Assembly (NCBI RefSeq): GCF_964204645.1
Contig: NC_134025.1
Coordinates: 8,742,001 to 8,806,000, forward strand
Direction: 5' to 3'
Source: Tubulanus polymorphus
Lineage: Eukaryota; Animalia; Nemertea
Length of the DNA: 64,000 nucleotides
The position numbers and the translations under genes were made by a program. Within the stretch, counting starts at the first letter, position 1. Every line of letters begins with the position of its first letter. Positions 1 to 13,972 of the stretch are shown here, in pieces. The notes beneath the pieces were generated by a model. That model searched no databases and had not been told where the DNA came from. It was given only the letters and a program-made list of their open reading frames with translations.

Positions 1-253
1 AGAATCTGGGATTGAAATAATTGACATACGGGGACAAAATAATGACTGGGGAACGGCAGCAAGATTCATATGCATGTAATAATGTCAATGAAGCAAACGT
101 AAAACAGGAAAACTAGGCTATTGGAAACAAATAATTCTATATAATTTCTCTCATCCCAATGTCCTTTTTAACTAATTCTCAATATAAAATACAATATGAA
201 ATAACATGAATTGCAATGATATTAAGGATCATTAAGATGATCTGAGAATTTAC

Positions 254-3200
254 CATTGTTCCAATCTTCATCGGTGTCGTCGTCATTGTTGTCGAGGAAT
301 GCTGGCATCGCTTGTTGCAAATCTCGCTCTAAACATAACACCAAGTGATTGAACCCGACCTCCACTGTTTCCGCGAGCACGTTCTGTGCATCTACGCTGT
401 AGGCATTCAGGTCGCGATCTTGTTTGAAGAAGTTCAATATCTCCGATGCATTCGCCATCCAAAAGGAGAGGCCAGCTGCGTCATCCCGATTTTCCTATAT
501 GATAACAAAAATATTCTTAACTCTACTTAAGACAGGGTACCCCATTAATTACCACTGTTTGATTTTATGCGCAACCTAGCAATTTCATCTGTTTAAAAAA
601 ATTTCCTGACTGACTACTGTATTCCCTGATTTTTTTAAAGAAGAGAAACTGCCCTGACTTCTCTGATTTCCAGTTTAGAAGCCACCCTGTTAGATATACC
701 AAATTTTAAGAAACAATTGACAAATATATTCACCTCAATAGTGCACTGCACGAGGCTAGCGATTTTGTTCACGAATGCTGTCAGTCGATGTGCACGTTCA
801 GACGGATTATGTGGGTATGGACCTGTCACACGAAATCTCGTCGCCATATACAGCGAATACGTCGGAGCTAACTTAAACATCACACTCAGCGGGTCGATAT
901 CAGTTATCAATGAAGCCAGGAAAGCATCTTCTCCTAGGAAAAAAGATCACATCATTCAGTTACGGTCTGAGTGTTCTTTTCACGTTAGCAGCGGTGAAGG
1001 TTGATCAAATATTTACCATCATCTCTAAATTCTAGAGAAGCGGGGAGTACGTCCTCCTGGTAATCAGTGCTTGGTGGTGGAAGAGTATTGGGATCTTGCA
1101 TGGCCCTAGAAATGACACATAAACATACTGATCTAAATACTCATTATCTTAAAATACACAGAATCACTAGTGGTAGTAGTGTAAATACCTATGTTGCATC
1201 ATATCGTTGTGTGGTGGATAGGGTGCCTTAGGGTCACCTTCATAGATCGGATCTGTGGATTTCTGCAGTGGAGACGTCACTCGTTGGAGCTGCTTCTTTA
1301 AAGTAATACTCTAATTAAAAGACACACCGACGAAAAAGACGAAAGGTGTTAATTGAAAGCGAGATAAACTATTAAAAAAAAAACTGAACTGAAAAACCTG
1401 TCGTCAGTACATAAACTAAACTAGGACAAACCATGTTGCCTTTAAAATGCAGAGGTACATAAGGTGTAAGGATTGAGAATAACCAAATGGAGCAATGTGG
1501 ATGTCTGTGACTAAACCAATTCATAATAGGCTACTGGAAAAATGATTAGTGCGAGTGAATAAATCAGGTTAATTTCTAGAGAATGAAATCTTTAAAGGTA
1601 CACAAAAAATGTGCTCATCCGTTTAACAGTAAGGGATGTGAATATGATTGCTTAAGCAATTTTTTCTGTTCTAACAAAACTTGTAATAAGGTCAGAACCC
1701 ATGAAAGTTGCAATTTATAGTTGCTTACCTCACCGACTAATGGATCGACAAAGCGGAATAGATTATGCTTGCCAAAACGAATAGTGTTATTGTCTTGCAG
1801 TAAAGTAGTTTCATAAATTCGTTGGTTGTCGACATAAATTTCAGCATCTTTCACAATTGGCGTGGCAGTAACTATACCTTCGGCATGAGCGATTACACAA
1901 TGCCGAGGCATAATATGTTGCCCGTATAACTGAAGATGTTGAGCTGCTGTACCGAGAGCTTGTCCGCTACCGATTTCAGTCATGTCAAATTTCAACCGAT
2001 GTATTCGTGGATTATATGGCTCAGTGCCATCTACAATGAAATTACATATAGATAAATATATATTTTCTAACCTGATACTTAAAATTAGTGAATAGAGCAA
2101 TGACATTACATATTCATTCAAGATTTATCCCCGCTATCGATCATAATAAATTGCCTTATTGCCATTACGAGAATAATAGTAGCATAATACACTATCAGTC
2201 GTGACACATTCAACGGTATTTTTTGATAAGTCAACTTTTGTGTGATCAAATTATCTAAATTAGATCCTCTGGCTGCAATTAATGTCATTATATACCGACC
2301 ACTGCCGCATAATACAAACCTGAATTCAATTCAATCAAGAATGGCAACTTTTCAATGGGTATTCCTTGGAACGTTTGGTTCTGATCAACATCAGATAATG
2401 GTCTCCCATCTGGTTTACGTTTAGGTTGCTGGCCTTGAGGTCTCCTACGTATTTGTATCATGACTTCGCCTGAAATTCAGATCAGTAATCCTTTAATATC
2501 GAATATAAGTACACAAACACCGAACGGTATCTACCACAAATGTCTCATATTCTGTAAAACGCAGATAGCCCGGTTGCTCAAGCGAGGGATGATAAACTTA
2601 TGCCAGAGTTGATACATTATGACCAGAATGTGACTGACTGCGTTAGCTAGGTAACTGTATTGATTACATTAACCACGGACAATAAGGACATTCCATTAAA
2701 TAAACAATCGTATCAAACAAACACACAACTATTTGACACACGTCACCAATTCGTTAAATCATCCTTAGTTGCACTCATCCACTTACCGAAGTTAATTGTA
2801 AATGTTAAATACCCAAGCCCAAGTTAGAAGTATCGATAGAAAAAAAAAAAATCATCAAAGTAGTAGAAACTAAGGGTCCAGGGACACTATGCCCTCTTAG
2901 TGAGTAGTCTTAAATGTTCGACGATCTGACAATTTCGATTGTCAATGCCCCCATGTGATCATATACAGAAACCAATTACGTTAAAACTGGCCGCAATCAT
3001 AGAACATATAAATCCCAGTACGATTGGAGATACTACGTAATTCAACGCCCCTGGTGAAGAAGGTCTGGTATGTAGAAGCAAATGACTTTGAAAATCACCA
3101 CATATAGAAAGTGTCACGATGTAAAAATTTCCCATGATTGTCTAATATGATAACAAAATGTGCATGGGAACCAATAAATCGGGGCCAACTTTTGGGCTGC

Positions 3201-6200
3201 AGATGTATCTAGTACGTTAACCAAATCTCATACGATACATCAAAGCATGTCAGAGTCTTCCCAAGACAACTTGATTCTATCTTCTACAAACGGATTGATG
3301 GACGACAGATTGGAGTCTCAAGAGGGCTAAAAATGTCCATACCTTTCCTGGGATTATGCTGAAGTAAAACGATCATAGGGCAATGTTCATCAGCCAGCAT
3401 CTCATCATGTGGAGGACCTCCATTGGGAGGAAACACGACCTGTTGAAAAGAGCAATCTTCACATGAAGAAATGAATGCGCAAACTACAACTTTCTTCTAC
3501 TATTTTAGTTATTTTTCAGACTTGCTCAAAAATGAAAACAGATAAAACATCTATAGTTATTTATTTGACAAACCTTGTACAAACAAAAAGCTTTCGGATC
3601 TTCTTTTTCCATTCCATATTTTTCCAGTGTCTGTTCGACAACAGTTTCAGCATTGTCAGCAGTTGACAGTACAAGGGTTTTATAAGGTACATCTGGACGC
3701 AGTGATTCCCCAAAGATCTTGACAGCATCGCCTGAAAAGATTGAAAAAGAACAAATGATACAAAGAGTCTTTATTATTCTAAGTTTATTTCATTATGGTT
3801 AACGTCCACTTACCAGCGGCTCCATCAGCTGCTCGTAATTTCTGTAGTTTCTCAGCTTTCTGTTGACGCCTTCGTTTCATCACAGCTTCAGGATTTGATA
3901 TCGTTCGAGTGAAACTCGTTTCTGGCAACTCGCTGTATAGCTTTTCAGTCACGCTATCGTTTTCTTTACCCTTCGCTTTGGCTTCTTTATCTTTCTTCTT
4001 TTTCTCCTTCTTTTCCCGTTTCGATAGTTTCCGTTTGAAATTCGACTGTTGCTCCGGCGGTTTAGTGTGGAAACCTTCCATCTTAAAATAGGGGAAATAT
4101 ATCTTTCAACTACTGAAATTCCTACATCGAATCCATGTCTCTTGAGCAAGAAATGATTTAGCAATGATATCTTACAAAGGCTGTTTTCTCATCTTCTCTT
4201 TTGAGTAGTAACCTTCCTTCCCGGTCATCTTTACCCCAACTAAGTTGTACCAGCAATGGTTTGTCTTCATCATTTAATTTCCTTTCATCTGGAATAAGAT
4301 ATTTTCCTAGGTAAAAAATACACTCCTCCAAGGTGTAATTTAAATTTTAGGGGAAGACACACTATTCATTCCTACAGACAGACTATATTTAGGGTAGAAA
4401 ATTCTAGGGGAAGGTATCTTTATATTGAGAATAAACTCAATACTTTCTGGGCCATTTCTCCTGACTCAAAACAGAATTATGTCATTGGCAATCATACGTT
4501 CAAACATTCCAACGTAAAGCGTTGACACATACAGCAATTAATACTAACACAAAATCGATACTATCGGTCAAGTGGTTTGTGATTATTTTGCGTTGTATGT
4601 TGTCACACGAACATCATCATAAGAGCCTCCTTTAAAACATTCCACGAACTCTCACCCTACAGTGGCAGATTGCTAAGTAACAAGTTTTTATTATCTGTAC
4701 ATACGTCTAAGAATCCTTCGGAATGAGTATGTCACTTTGTTTCAGTGAAAATATGAGTCAACATATAATTGAGTGTTCATTGTGTGCACTAATAGCAGAG
4801 GGGACTTTAAACACTTTCCAATGCCATATCACTGGCTAATTTGTAGCCGAAATTCCATTATCAATTCATAGAAATTAAGTCTCTTTACCTTAATTTCCTA
4901 TAATTTAGACTCATGGGTATTCATAGTTCAGAGATTATTCATTCATAAGCTCAGTAGTAGTAGTAGTAGTAGAAATAATACATGAAAAACGTGTTAGTTC
5001 AAGAAAGCAGTCTTTCTAATAGTATTGTTTAGTAGACTATAATCCACAGGGGTGTAGATATCTCAGCTATAAACAGATATTCAAACTGACTGCAAATTTG
5101 TGCAGTTTTTTCTGTATTGTTCATTTCCTATGACTACTGATAAGAAAATGTACTAAAGAGTAATGTGATGCAGGCTTTATCGGATTACTACTGAGTATTG
5201 CTAGCTTATCAGGTTAGCATAACTGAAGTCATTTGATACTAGTGAACCAGAGAAATTGGTGGCTACAGATCTGTAAAATTCAATGAGCTCTTTTCATTAC
5301 ATTGCCAATAATCATAAAAGGCCACTTAACAATCAGATTTTTCTAGTGTACAGAAAATAAGTACCAAAATCTATGAATTATAAATAAATTTAGTTCATAT
5401 GCAGCCGGCATGGATAGCCTACATCATCATCATGATATAGGAACTAAATACTCAAAGAATGTTAGCTATGCTGCGAAAAAGATGACAGGCTTCGATTATG
5501 AATACATTCCTGTCGAGATCTGCGTTCATCTAGCCTATATCGAATTAATCATGAATAAAGATGCAACGCAGTGGAGGCGTATGAAATCATCTAACCATGC
5601 GTCAGAGTAAAAAGGCGTTGACTACTATCATTATAGGATGTTATTATCAACAGATACACAATTATTCCACTGTCTTTTGGAATGTGGAATTCCAACTATG
5701 TGAACACAAGAATATCACCAAAAAAACATCTCTTTTCACATTTAGTCTTCACCGTGTTAATTCTATGAGATGAACTAGCAAATTAAGCAATTCATGATGT
5801 AACACTAGGCTTGATGCAAAACCTTCAATTTGGACTCATATAATTTGTAAGGTGACACAGGACACCTAGAGGCATTATACTGGCATTGTACTAACTATGC
5901 TTACTGGGCTTATACAGTGCCACGGTGACAGGACATGTAGGTACACTAAAATGCACAGCGCTCACTATGTGTACTGTTTATTTTATAACTACTATGCATA
6001 CTTTCAAAAACAAATTAGAATACATAGAATATTTCAAGAAAAATCATCAGCTTAGTAATAGGAAAGCTGGATCTTCAGCTGTATCATTTCACCTCACTCA
6101 AATGATGTGGTCTTTTGCTCAGTCTTTCAAAGACATTCTTTCTTGGACTATATTAGCACAGGCTTTGTATTCAATACTTTAAAAGGCGATCTATGACAAT

Positions 6201-8010
6201 TAAGAATCTTACGACCAATTGATAAGAGTTTACTTAAGGTGATAACTTACCGCCGTTTACGTGGACTTCATATAGACAAAATTTACTCATTGACAACATT
6301 TTCATATCCGGACGGAACTTCTCAATCAGCGTGTCAAGAACATCTTTACACATCGCTGTACTGGACACTCGGATGCAGGTCGTTGAAACTCGGCCGTCTT
6401 GGTCGTGGAAGAAAAATCGCATAACGCCATTAAATTCATTGTTCTGCAAGAAAAGAGTTTAACTCAATGAAGAAAACAGTATCGTTATGTCCCTGATTTT
6501 CATGTTGTTTATGTTTTCTATGAGTGATAAGGGGGTAAATTTGTAAAAAGAAAATCAGCTTTTAAGTAGTTTTTTTTAATGTTTTTCTATTTATTGATCA
6601 AATTTCATATATTCCTCCTGGAATCCATATACAGTTGTGTCGACTATGAATATGCCATCTAGTATAGGCCTATGTCAAAACATATTGATTGTTTCCTGTA
6701 CTAAGATCATAGAAGATGTAATTCTATGAGAGGTCAGGTGGCAAATAGCCAACTGTTTACCATTATCAATCAGCAATAATAATTCCATATATACATGACT
6801 CTTTCATATTGTCAAATCTCATTATCATTGAATCTTCAAGAGAAAAACATCATTTCTGCTTGTACTAAACTAAGATACAAACGAAAAACAATAATCAAAT
6901 TTAACTATGTGCTGGGGCAGTTTGGTCAGCGGTGTATTTAACTTTTGATCCAGTAACTTGCAAGAATTCCCAAACAGTATGAGCCACTGTTTTATGTTAG
7001 GAAAGAAAACACACTTGTTGGTCGTAACTCACAAAAACAACATACCACAAATGACTCAACTAACACTGGTACCACACAGCCAAGCCTATTGGGATCACCT
7101 ATTCTTCTGTGGTAATTGTCCAATTACTGACTAAACAGGGTACTTAAAAATGTTCATAAGAATGAATCACTGTGATAATCATAATCAAAATATAGGCTGC
7201 TCTTTGTAAGACTGCAGTTAATCTGTAGCCTAGATTGTGTACAGAGTTTCCAGCCTAAGTGATGTAAGCTATAGGCCTAGTTTTAAACAATGAAAATCCC
7301 CCTAAAATGGCAAAACACATGTCCATCATTTCAGACATGGCCTACGCGCCTTAAATATAATTTGAATTATTCTACCAAAAATTAAAACAAGTAGGATTTC
7401 CAAAACTCAAGTTCAGTTTCATCGATGTTGGTGTTAGAGTAGCAGAAACGGTGATTTCACAATGTCATATATATGGTAAACTAAATGGTTAAGCTCATCA
7501 ATTCGATTAAAGCATTTCCATTTGTAGGTTTCGATTGGGTCGAATCACCAATTTTCTCTTCTCTGGTACGACCAGAATACACTATATCTATTCCAGAATA
7601 GCATTCAATCCATAAGCCAGATACGAGCCTTAGTAGAGGATTTCTAATCATGATTCCTGCACCTTCTTGGGAAATGCTTTATATTACAAACCAGAGATAG
7701 AGATTTGATAAAACATTCAATTCATTGACGTTATTAGCCTGCCCTATCAATCTCTAACATTTTAACAACCTGCTGTCTCAATCTTAATACAACACATCAA
7801 TCGCCGTTCAATTCAGCAGCATACCCAATAGCTATACATGGATGAAATGGGTGGTTGGACAAAACACACATAACCAAATGTATAAAAGAACTTCATCGAA
7901 TAAACATATACCTCATCTGGCATCGACAGTGAAAACAAATCGAGTCGATTTTCATTCCATTCTTGTATTTGATGCACCAGTTTCTGGCGTTCTTCTGCTA
8001 CATTAACCAT
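254..8010 (-). CDS. AFDN: Afadin (AF-6/canoe), 5' portion, multi-exon; continues beyond the left edge of the window
   Basis: Exon 7912-8010 MVNVAEERQKLVHQIQEWNENRLDLFSLSMPDE. Exon 6251-6443 EFNGVMRFFFHDQDGRVSTTCIRVSSTA...IEKFRPDMKMLS (RA1). Exon ~3812-4081 NFKRKLSKREKKEKKKK...LPETSFTRTISNPEAVMKRRRQQK. RA2 exons ~3343-3731. FHA exon ~1728-2030 (LQLYGQHIMPRHCVIAH). DIL-region exons FKLAPTYSLYM and FWMANASEILNFFKQDRDL. Boundaries are GT-AG. Confidence 0.96.
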
Positions 8011-8525
8011 CTTTACGACTTATTGTAGTTCATATACGTCAATCTAATATTTTGAACAACAAATAATCCCGGTAATCCTCCTATAATCGCATTTATTCCA
8101 TGGTAAATCCACAATTTTCGAGGGAATTTCGGGCATATACACCTTCTTGGGGTTGCACGGTACGCATGCGCAATCGAATTCTGACTCAATGGGTGTCGCG
8201 CGAAGTCGAATTCGCGAACCTGACCTAGTTTCTGTAGGCTTACACGTTCGAATCCCAACTTCGATATTTTATATTTGTCACGTCTTTTATTTACCTATAT
8301 AAAAGTATATATACTTTTTTGTAAATTTCTAATTGCAAGTGTTTTTCACATGAATCTTATGGAGCAATACAATGAAAGCTTAATGCACCGGCGATTGTCT
8401 GGCTCTGGTGGTGGAGATTCATCCATCATGCATCATCTTCTCCACCCTCTGTCTGAATCGCGCGCTTGGGTTGCGAAGCCCTAAAAGCATCATCATTATC
8501 ATCGCTTGCGCTTGCTCGGAGAAAA
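8011..8525. promoter_or_regulatory. Probable bidirectional promoter between afadin and the MORC gene
   Basis: Divergent ATGs about 515 bp apart. CpG-rich patch with an NRF1-like ACGCATGCGCA (~8162-8172) and TCGCGCGA/TTCGCGAA palindromes (~8196-8218). Confidence 0.55.
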
Positions 8526-11500
8526 ATGCAATCTCAGTCAGCAGTACTGTTATCAGAATGTAGGCCTGGTAATATCCAAGGCCCTGCCCCTGCTGCTGCT
8601 GCTGGGGGAATCAAGTTATCGCAGGTACAGAACTGACCTAACAGACAAGAAATAATTCCACCTTCCTACTAAAAAAAAAAATTAAATTACACTACAAAAT
8701 TACATACATTTAGTTTCACTTCTCGATCGACCGCCCCCACCCAGATAGTTAATAGGCTATGGAATCAGCAGTGGTCAACTCATACTCGGGTTAACTCATA
8801 CACTATTGTGTGTGGACAACTTGTCCCTGCATTTTGACAAACTATTCACCTCCTTACTTAAAAAACTTTTTCCCTGTTTAATTTTTGGAAGTAGTTATTT
8901 AGCCGGATCCGGTTACGGACTTATAAAAGATATTTTGCCAGGTCCATATATTAGATAATAATAAAATCATTTTTTTGGGTTTAGGGTTAGGGTTTCGATA
9001 GGGTTAGTGTCAAGAGGGTGAGAAGAGGGTCCAGAGAGTTCCGTTTCACAACTAGGGATAGGGTTAGGGTAAGGGGAGGCTATATGTATTTAAAACATTC
9101 GGGTGGTTTTCAGCGTGCTCGATGGTCTAGTGGGAAGACACTGGGCTAGTAATTTACTTGCCCGGGTTCGAGTCTCGCTCTATCCGCTATTATCTCTAAC
9201 TCTATTCTCCACACTTTCCTTGAATTTTCTAAATACCCCACTTCTGTGCGCATGCGCGGCGTAAATCAGCCAATTAGAGACGATATCCGGCAAAATATCC
9301 TTCAGAAGTCAGTGACCGGATCCGGCAAAGTAACCACTTCCTTAATTTTTTAATAAAGATCTGGCCCGATAAGAATCAAGCCCGGCTGAATGGTGGCCAT
9401 CCTAGGGGCTCATATTTGAAGTTTGGGGGTGAATAGTAGCTTAGATCATCTAATGTCCCTGGTACTTTCTTTTTATAGTACTTTTGCCAAAATCAGAAGT
9501 TTTTACATATTTTTTAGCTTTTGAAGAGGTCCCTCAATTTTGCTTATTTTTCATATGTCACGCCCCTAGGTTCCATCATTTTAAGAAAAAATTAGGTCAA
9601 TTGGACACAAAATAAATATCCTGTGCCCAAAAAAGTTTACCTCAAGACATGAAGCTTACGAATGTGTGTCAATTTTCATTGACATTCGTGATGGGTATTA
9701 AACTCAGGCAGGTTTTTTGATCAATCAATTTTTTTGCAATTAGGGCCGTCTTAGTCTTCCCTCAGCATGTGAAAAGGGTTTTTTTAGGAGAATACTAACA
9801 GGTTGGTGTTTCTTTTTCAGACAAGCCCAAAATTCTTGCATTCTAATTCTACTTCACATAAATGGGCATTTAGCGCTATTGCTGAGCTTGTAGGTTAGTA
9901 TTGTGTTAGTTCTGATTGGCAAAATGCATCAGTATTGAGATATCTCGTTGCTCTTTCCGGTGCTAGTGTTGCGGCTAAAAGCGTCCTGCTTTAAGAATAT
10001 CACGGGTCAATTTATTTAAAGCAACTTTCATTGATTATAGACAATGCATATGATCCTGATTGTGGAGCTAAAGAACTACAAATTTTGGTTGAAAAAATTG
10101 GAAATGTGGATGTATTAGTTTTCAAAGATAATGGCAAAGGGATGTCAGAACAGAAGCTTCATAAGATGTTAAGGTGTGTTGGCCTTTTGTGCATTAAAAC
10201 AGTATTTTAGCTAGGCCCGTAATTATATCTACCTTGAAAAACAGTGATCTTATTGATTTATTATTCTTTCAGTTTTGGTTACTGCGAGAAGGTGATTGTT
10301 CAAAACCATAAACCAATTGGACAGTATGGTAATGGTTTTAAATCTGGTTCAATGCGACTTGGAAAAGATGCACTGGTTTTCACTGTGGACGGACACTCTA
10401 AGTCTATTGGATTTCTATCTCAGTCTTACCTTTTGGATGTAAGGGCGGAAACTGTCCTCATACCATTGGCAACGTGGGAAAAACATAATAGAAGTATCCT
10501 TTTTTGACCAGTTGAGTTGTCAGAAGATATCCCTTATTACTTTATATACCCTTTTTGCTAACTAAAATTGATTGATTTGTTTTTCTTAAATAATACAAAC
10601 TAGCGTATTCAAAAAACAGAGCTGAGAACCTTGATGTAATATACAAGTATTCCCCTTATAAATGTGAGACTGATATTTTGAAACAATTTGATGACATCAC
10701 TGCCAATGGACCTACTGGAACAAAAATTGTCATTTACAATCTAACCAAGTAAGTCTTAAGCATGACAATATTTGTAGGACAAACCCTTAACCAAGCTATA
10801 AGCTTATAAGATATAAAATTACAAGATAAATGGTTGAATGGTAGACAGTCTCTTGCAAAATTGAAATTTCTAAGATTTTATTGACTGCTAGGATATCATT
10901 AACTAGGTTTACACAAGCTTAGAACATACATCGGTGATTGACCTACGAAGATCCTCTTCTGGACAACAGAAAATGGCGCTTTTGCAATCTCGTGAAAACT
11001 GTTGAGTTTGACTATATTTCTGGTATTAGCATTCTTTGTTTGGTTACCGCAGGTCTACCGATGGTCGCTATGAGTTGGACTTCACAACTAATCGTTCAGA
11101 TATCATTCTATCTGAGCATGAAGTATTAGATAATGAAGTGCAAGTGTCTGATACAGCAATCCGAGATTATACTCCTGCATACAAGAGATCTCTGAAAGTA
11201 GGTTGTTTCAAATTGTTCAATTTTGGTTTTAATTTGGGCAGCAGTTCCAAATGTATTCATACATGCTTGATTATTTGAAGGAGTACTGTTCGATATTGTT
11301 TCTGAAACCGAGAATGAATATAAAGATCAACAATCATAAGGTTCGAACGAAAATGGTGGCTAAAAGTCTTTCCCAAACAGAGCATGATTTTTACAATCCA
11401 CGATGGATTGCGAACATGCCCGGTGCTAAGGTGAGTTTTCAGAGCAATTTGTGTCTTGTAAATAATGTTATTACTACAGTGATTTTGCGTGCTGCATTAT

Positions 11501-13847
11501 TGTTCATTTAAACTGCAGCCTGTGAAAATAACATTTGGCTTCAACATAAAAAATGCTGCTACTGAATATGGAATCATGATGTATAACAAAAACCGGCTAA
11601 TAAGAGCATTCGAGAGAATAGGAATTCAGAAGAAGGTGAGGTGAATCGAAAATAGTAGCGTGTACCTGTAATAAATTTTAGTTATTTATTTTAGCTTTTT
11701 ATTCACACAAAAAAACCATTTGTAGAATAACGGGGATGGAAAAGGAGTTGTAGGTGTGGCTGTTCTTGACTGTTTGAATCCAACGCATAACAAGCAAGAA
11801 TTCCTTCCTGATGAACGATACAAGTGAGTCATTGAAAGTACTACTTTATCGACCATTCCAGTCACTGTCCGCGATTATAGCCAATATTATTACTGGTAAA
11901 TGTAATGTTTGGTTTCAGTAGTGCAATTCATGCTTTATCTCAGAAATTAGCCGATTACTGGATGGAAAAAACATCATCAAATAGAAATATTGAAATAGGG
12001 TATGTCTAATTTCAAAAAGCATAAGAAGATACAACTCTCTTCCCTGAATTTGTCATAGTGTATTTTTTACGTCTTATAACGCTTTCAGGCCATTACCTGA
12101 CAGTACATGGGCTCAATGTGATGAATGTATGAAATGGCGTCGCTTGCCACCAGGTATAAAACCAGATGATCTTCCAGATAAATGGTATTGTTGGTTCAAT
12201 CCTAGTGACTCACACAAGTAAGCTACTTCATACTGTGGGGAATGAATAATTACATAATATTTAGATACATACGATAGATAAACTAGAAAATATTTTTCCT
12301 CTGAAAAATCAAGAATATATTTGTATGAGATAGGGCTTAGATGTGAGAATTATGAATACACTACTATGTGATTGGGCTCAGATTTAAAGATAGCTTTATT
12401 GTATTTGTTAATAGAATTTCGGATAAGGGTTTAGGAAAAAATGACCATCCTAATAAGGTATAGGAAGCCTCTTTTTCTTGAATTAAATGTGGTAGGTTTT
12501 AGTAGTCCCATGTTATTTTTATCTAATAGTGACTGCAGTATTGAAGAGGAATCAGAGGCTCAAGATGAAGAGCAAGTTATTCCCCGTGCATCATATCCAA
12601 AAACACAAAAAAAACTCAAGTGCGTATAGATCTTTCGCCCACTTGGGCTGTAGCATTCATGCATTTCACCAAGTGGGCATAGTATCCCTGGACCCCTCTG
12701 CAGTTTTTCTAAAAACCACATGTTAAGCAGATCCTATAAGGAGTTTAATGATATTATATTTTGTAGGGAATTAAAAAGAAGATCCGAAGTGAGTATTGTT
12801 TTTTATTTCCCATACAGTGCCGTGAGCACTTCCAAGAATCATGAGCTTCCTTTTTCTATAGGTTGATTTACGCGTGAAAAACCAAGAGATTGAAACAATG
12901 CGCAATGAAGTAAGCAAATTAACAAAGCAGGTTAGCCAATGGCGCCGTACTGGCATTTTATGCACATAAAGATTAGATAAAATTACATGAATCGGGATTC
13001 AAACTAAAGTAATACATGTACATTATAGACAATGTATGTGAAATACAGTGTACTGAGATGAATGTTTTATTGTTTATTGAAAATGTGGCTTTTTTTAGTT
13101 CCAATTAGACAATTTAGCTAAATTAAAAAAACAAGAATCTGCGTCGAAACAAAAAATTCTACAGCTCCAACGAGAAATCGATCAGATTAAAGGTGATCAG
13201 GCTCGTTCAATGCTCAATCAATCAGTACCAGTAAGTATAGTTTCATATTTACAACCACCATTGCTTAGTTCTTGGCAAATTGAAATGGCATGATGTATCC
13301 TCTTAGGAACCACACCCTAGTACTAGTAATGCGAGACCAAGTTTCCCTAGGATTCAGTTGCAGTAAGTTGTTTTATTTCTGATGTAATATATGCAATATA
13401 GTATGAGAAATATTCGCTCACTTTTGGTTTTTGTGTTTCAGGCAAAGACAAAATGCAAGTGAAGATGATGTTCAGATCAGGGATGTTCCATTTGTTGACG
13501 TGAAGGAGGAAGAATTTCCAGATGAGGAAGTCAATAAGAAGGAAAGAAATAAACGTCATAGTCCAGAGAATCAAGTTGGTACGTCGAAGCGATTTAAAAC
13601 TGAAAATACTGGTATATCAGTCAGCTGCCAAACAATTCCTGTGAAAAACAATGTTAAAAATCTCAGAGAAATGGTCTTAGAAGAAAAATTGAAGAATTTG
13701 CGTAAATCTGTATCGCAACTTCTTCATATAATTGTTCCAGATGTTCCTATTACAAATCTCGAGAAGATCGATAAAATTGTCAATGAATTGATTATAGCGA
13801 ACAGTCAAGATGATGCAGCAGCTAGTGGTGCTGCAAATGATAATTGA
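8526..13847 (+). CDS. MORC3: MORC family CW-type zinc finger ATPase (MORC3/MORC4-like), about 15 exons
   Basis: Exon 1 8526-8624 (...GGIKLSQ) splices to 9821 [33 protein letters not shown] motifs DNGKGM and [62 protein letters not shown] finger [16 protein letters not shown]...DKWYCWFNP (~12089-12217). C-terminal coiled coil [12 protein letters not shown] ends at 13847. Confidence 0.93.
8887..9341. mobile_element. Non-autonomous DNA transposon (MITE, Mutator/MULE-like) in MORC intron 1
   Basis: About 54-bp imperfect TIRs (GGAAGTAGTTATTTAGCCGGATCCGGTTACGGAC... / ...GTCAGTGACCGGATCCGGCAAAGTAACCACTTCC) flanked by a perfect 9-bp TSD TTAATTTTT (8878-8886 and 9342-9350). Internal TTAGGG-like repeats and a tRNA-like segment. 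Confidence 0.85.
9112..9188 (+). other. Degenerate tRNA-like / SINE-head Pol III promoter segment inside the MITE
   Basis: A box TGGTCTAGTGG (9123-9133), B box GGTTCGAGTCT (9165-9175), terminal AGCG/CGCT pairing. The anticodon arm is not canonical. Confidence 0.6.
10494..10603 (+). other. U12-type (minor spliceosome) GT-AG intron in the MORC gene
   Basis: Donor GTATCCTTTT. Branch-point-like TTTCTTAAAT about 12 nt before the TAG acceptor, with no polypyrimidine tract. Removing it keeps the frame ([24 protein letters not shown]). Confidence 0.85.
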
Positions 13848-13972
13848 TGCAGCATAGCTGCATGAATATATTTATATGCTGTAGTCTTTCTAATTGATTG
13901 TCATTGAATGACTTTTGATTTATACAATTGTACAATTGTACTCGAACCTGCTGCTACATGTATGATGATAAG

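Noticed and set aside
8977-9076. True telomere or chromosome-fusion scar
   Set aside because: Only a few degenerate TTAGGG units, all within the MITE.
9112-9188. Functional tRNA gene
   Set aside because: A and B boxes are present, but the acceptor and anticodon stems pair poorly and the segment sits inside a TIR/TSD-bounded element.
8812-9460. Outer element (ACTATTCACC ... GGTGAATAGT inverted pair) into which the MITE may be nested
   Set aside because: Only about 10-12 bp of inverted match and no clear termini or TSD, which is too little to call.
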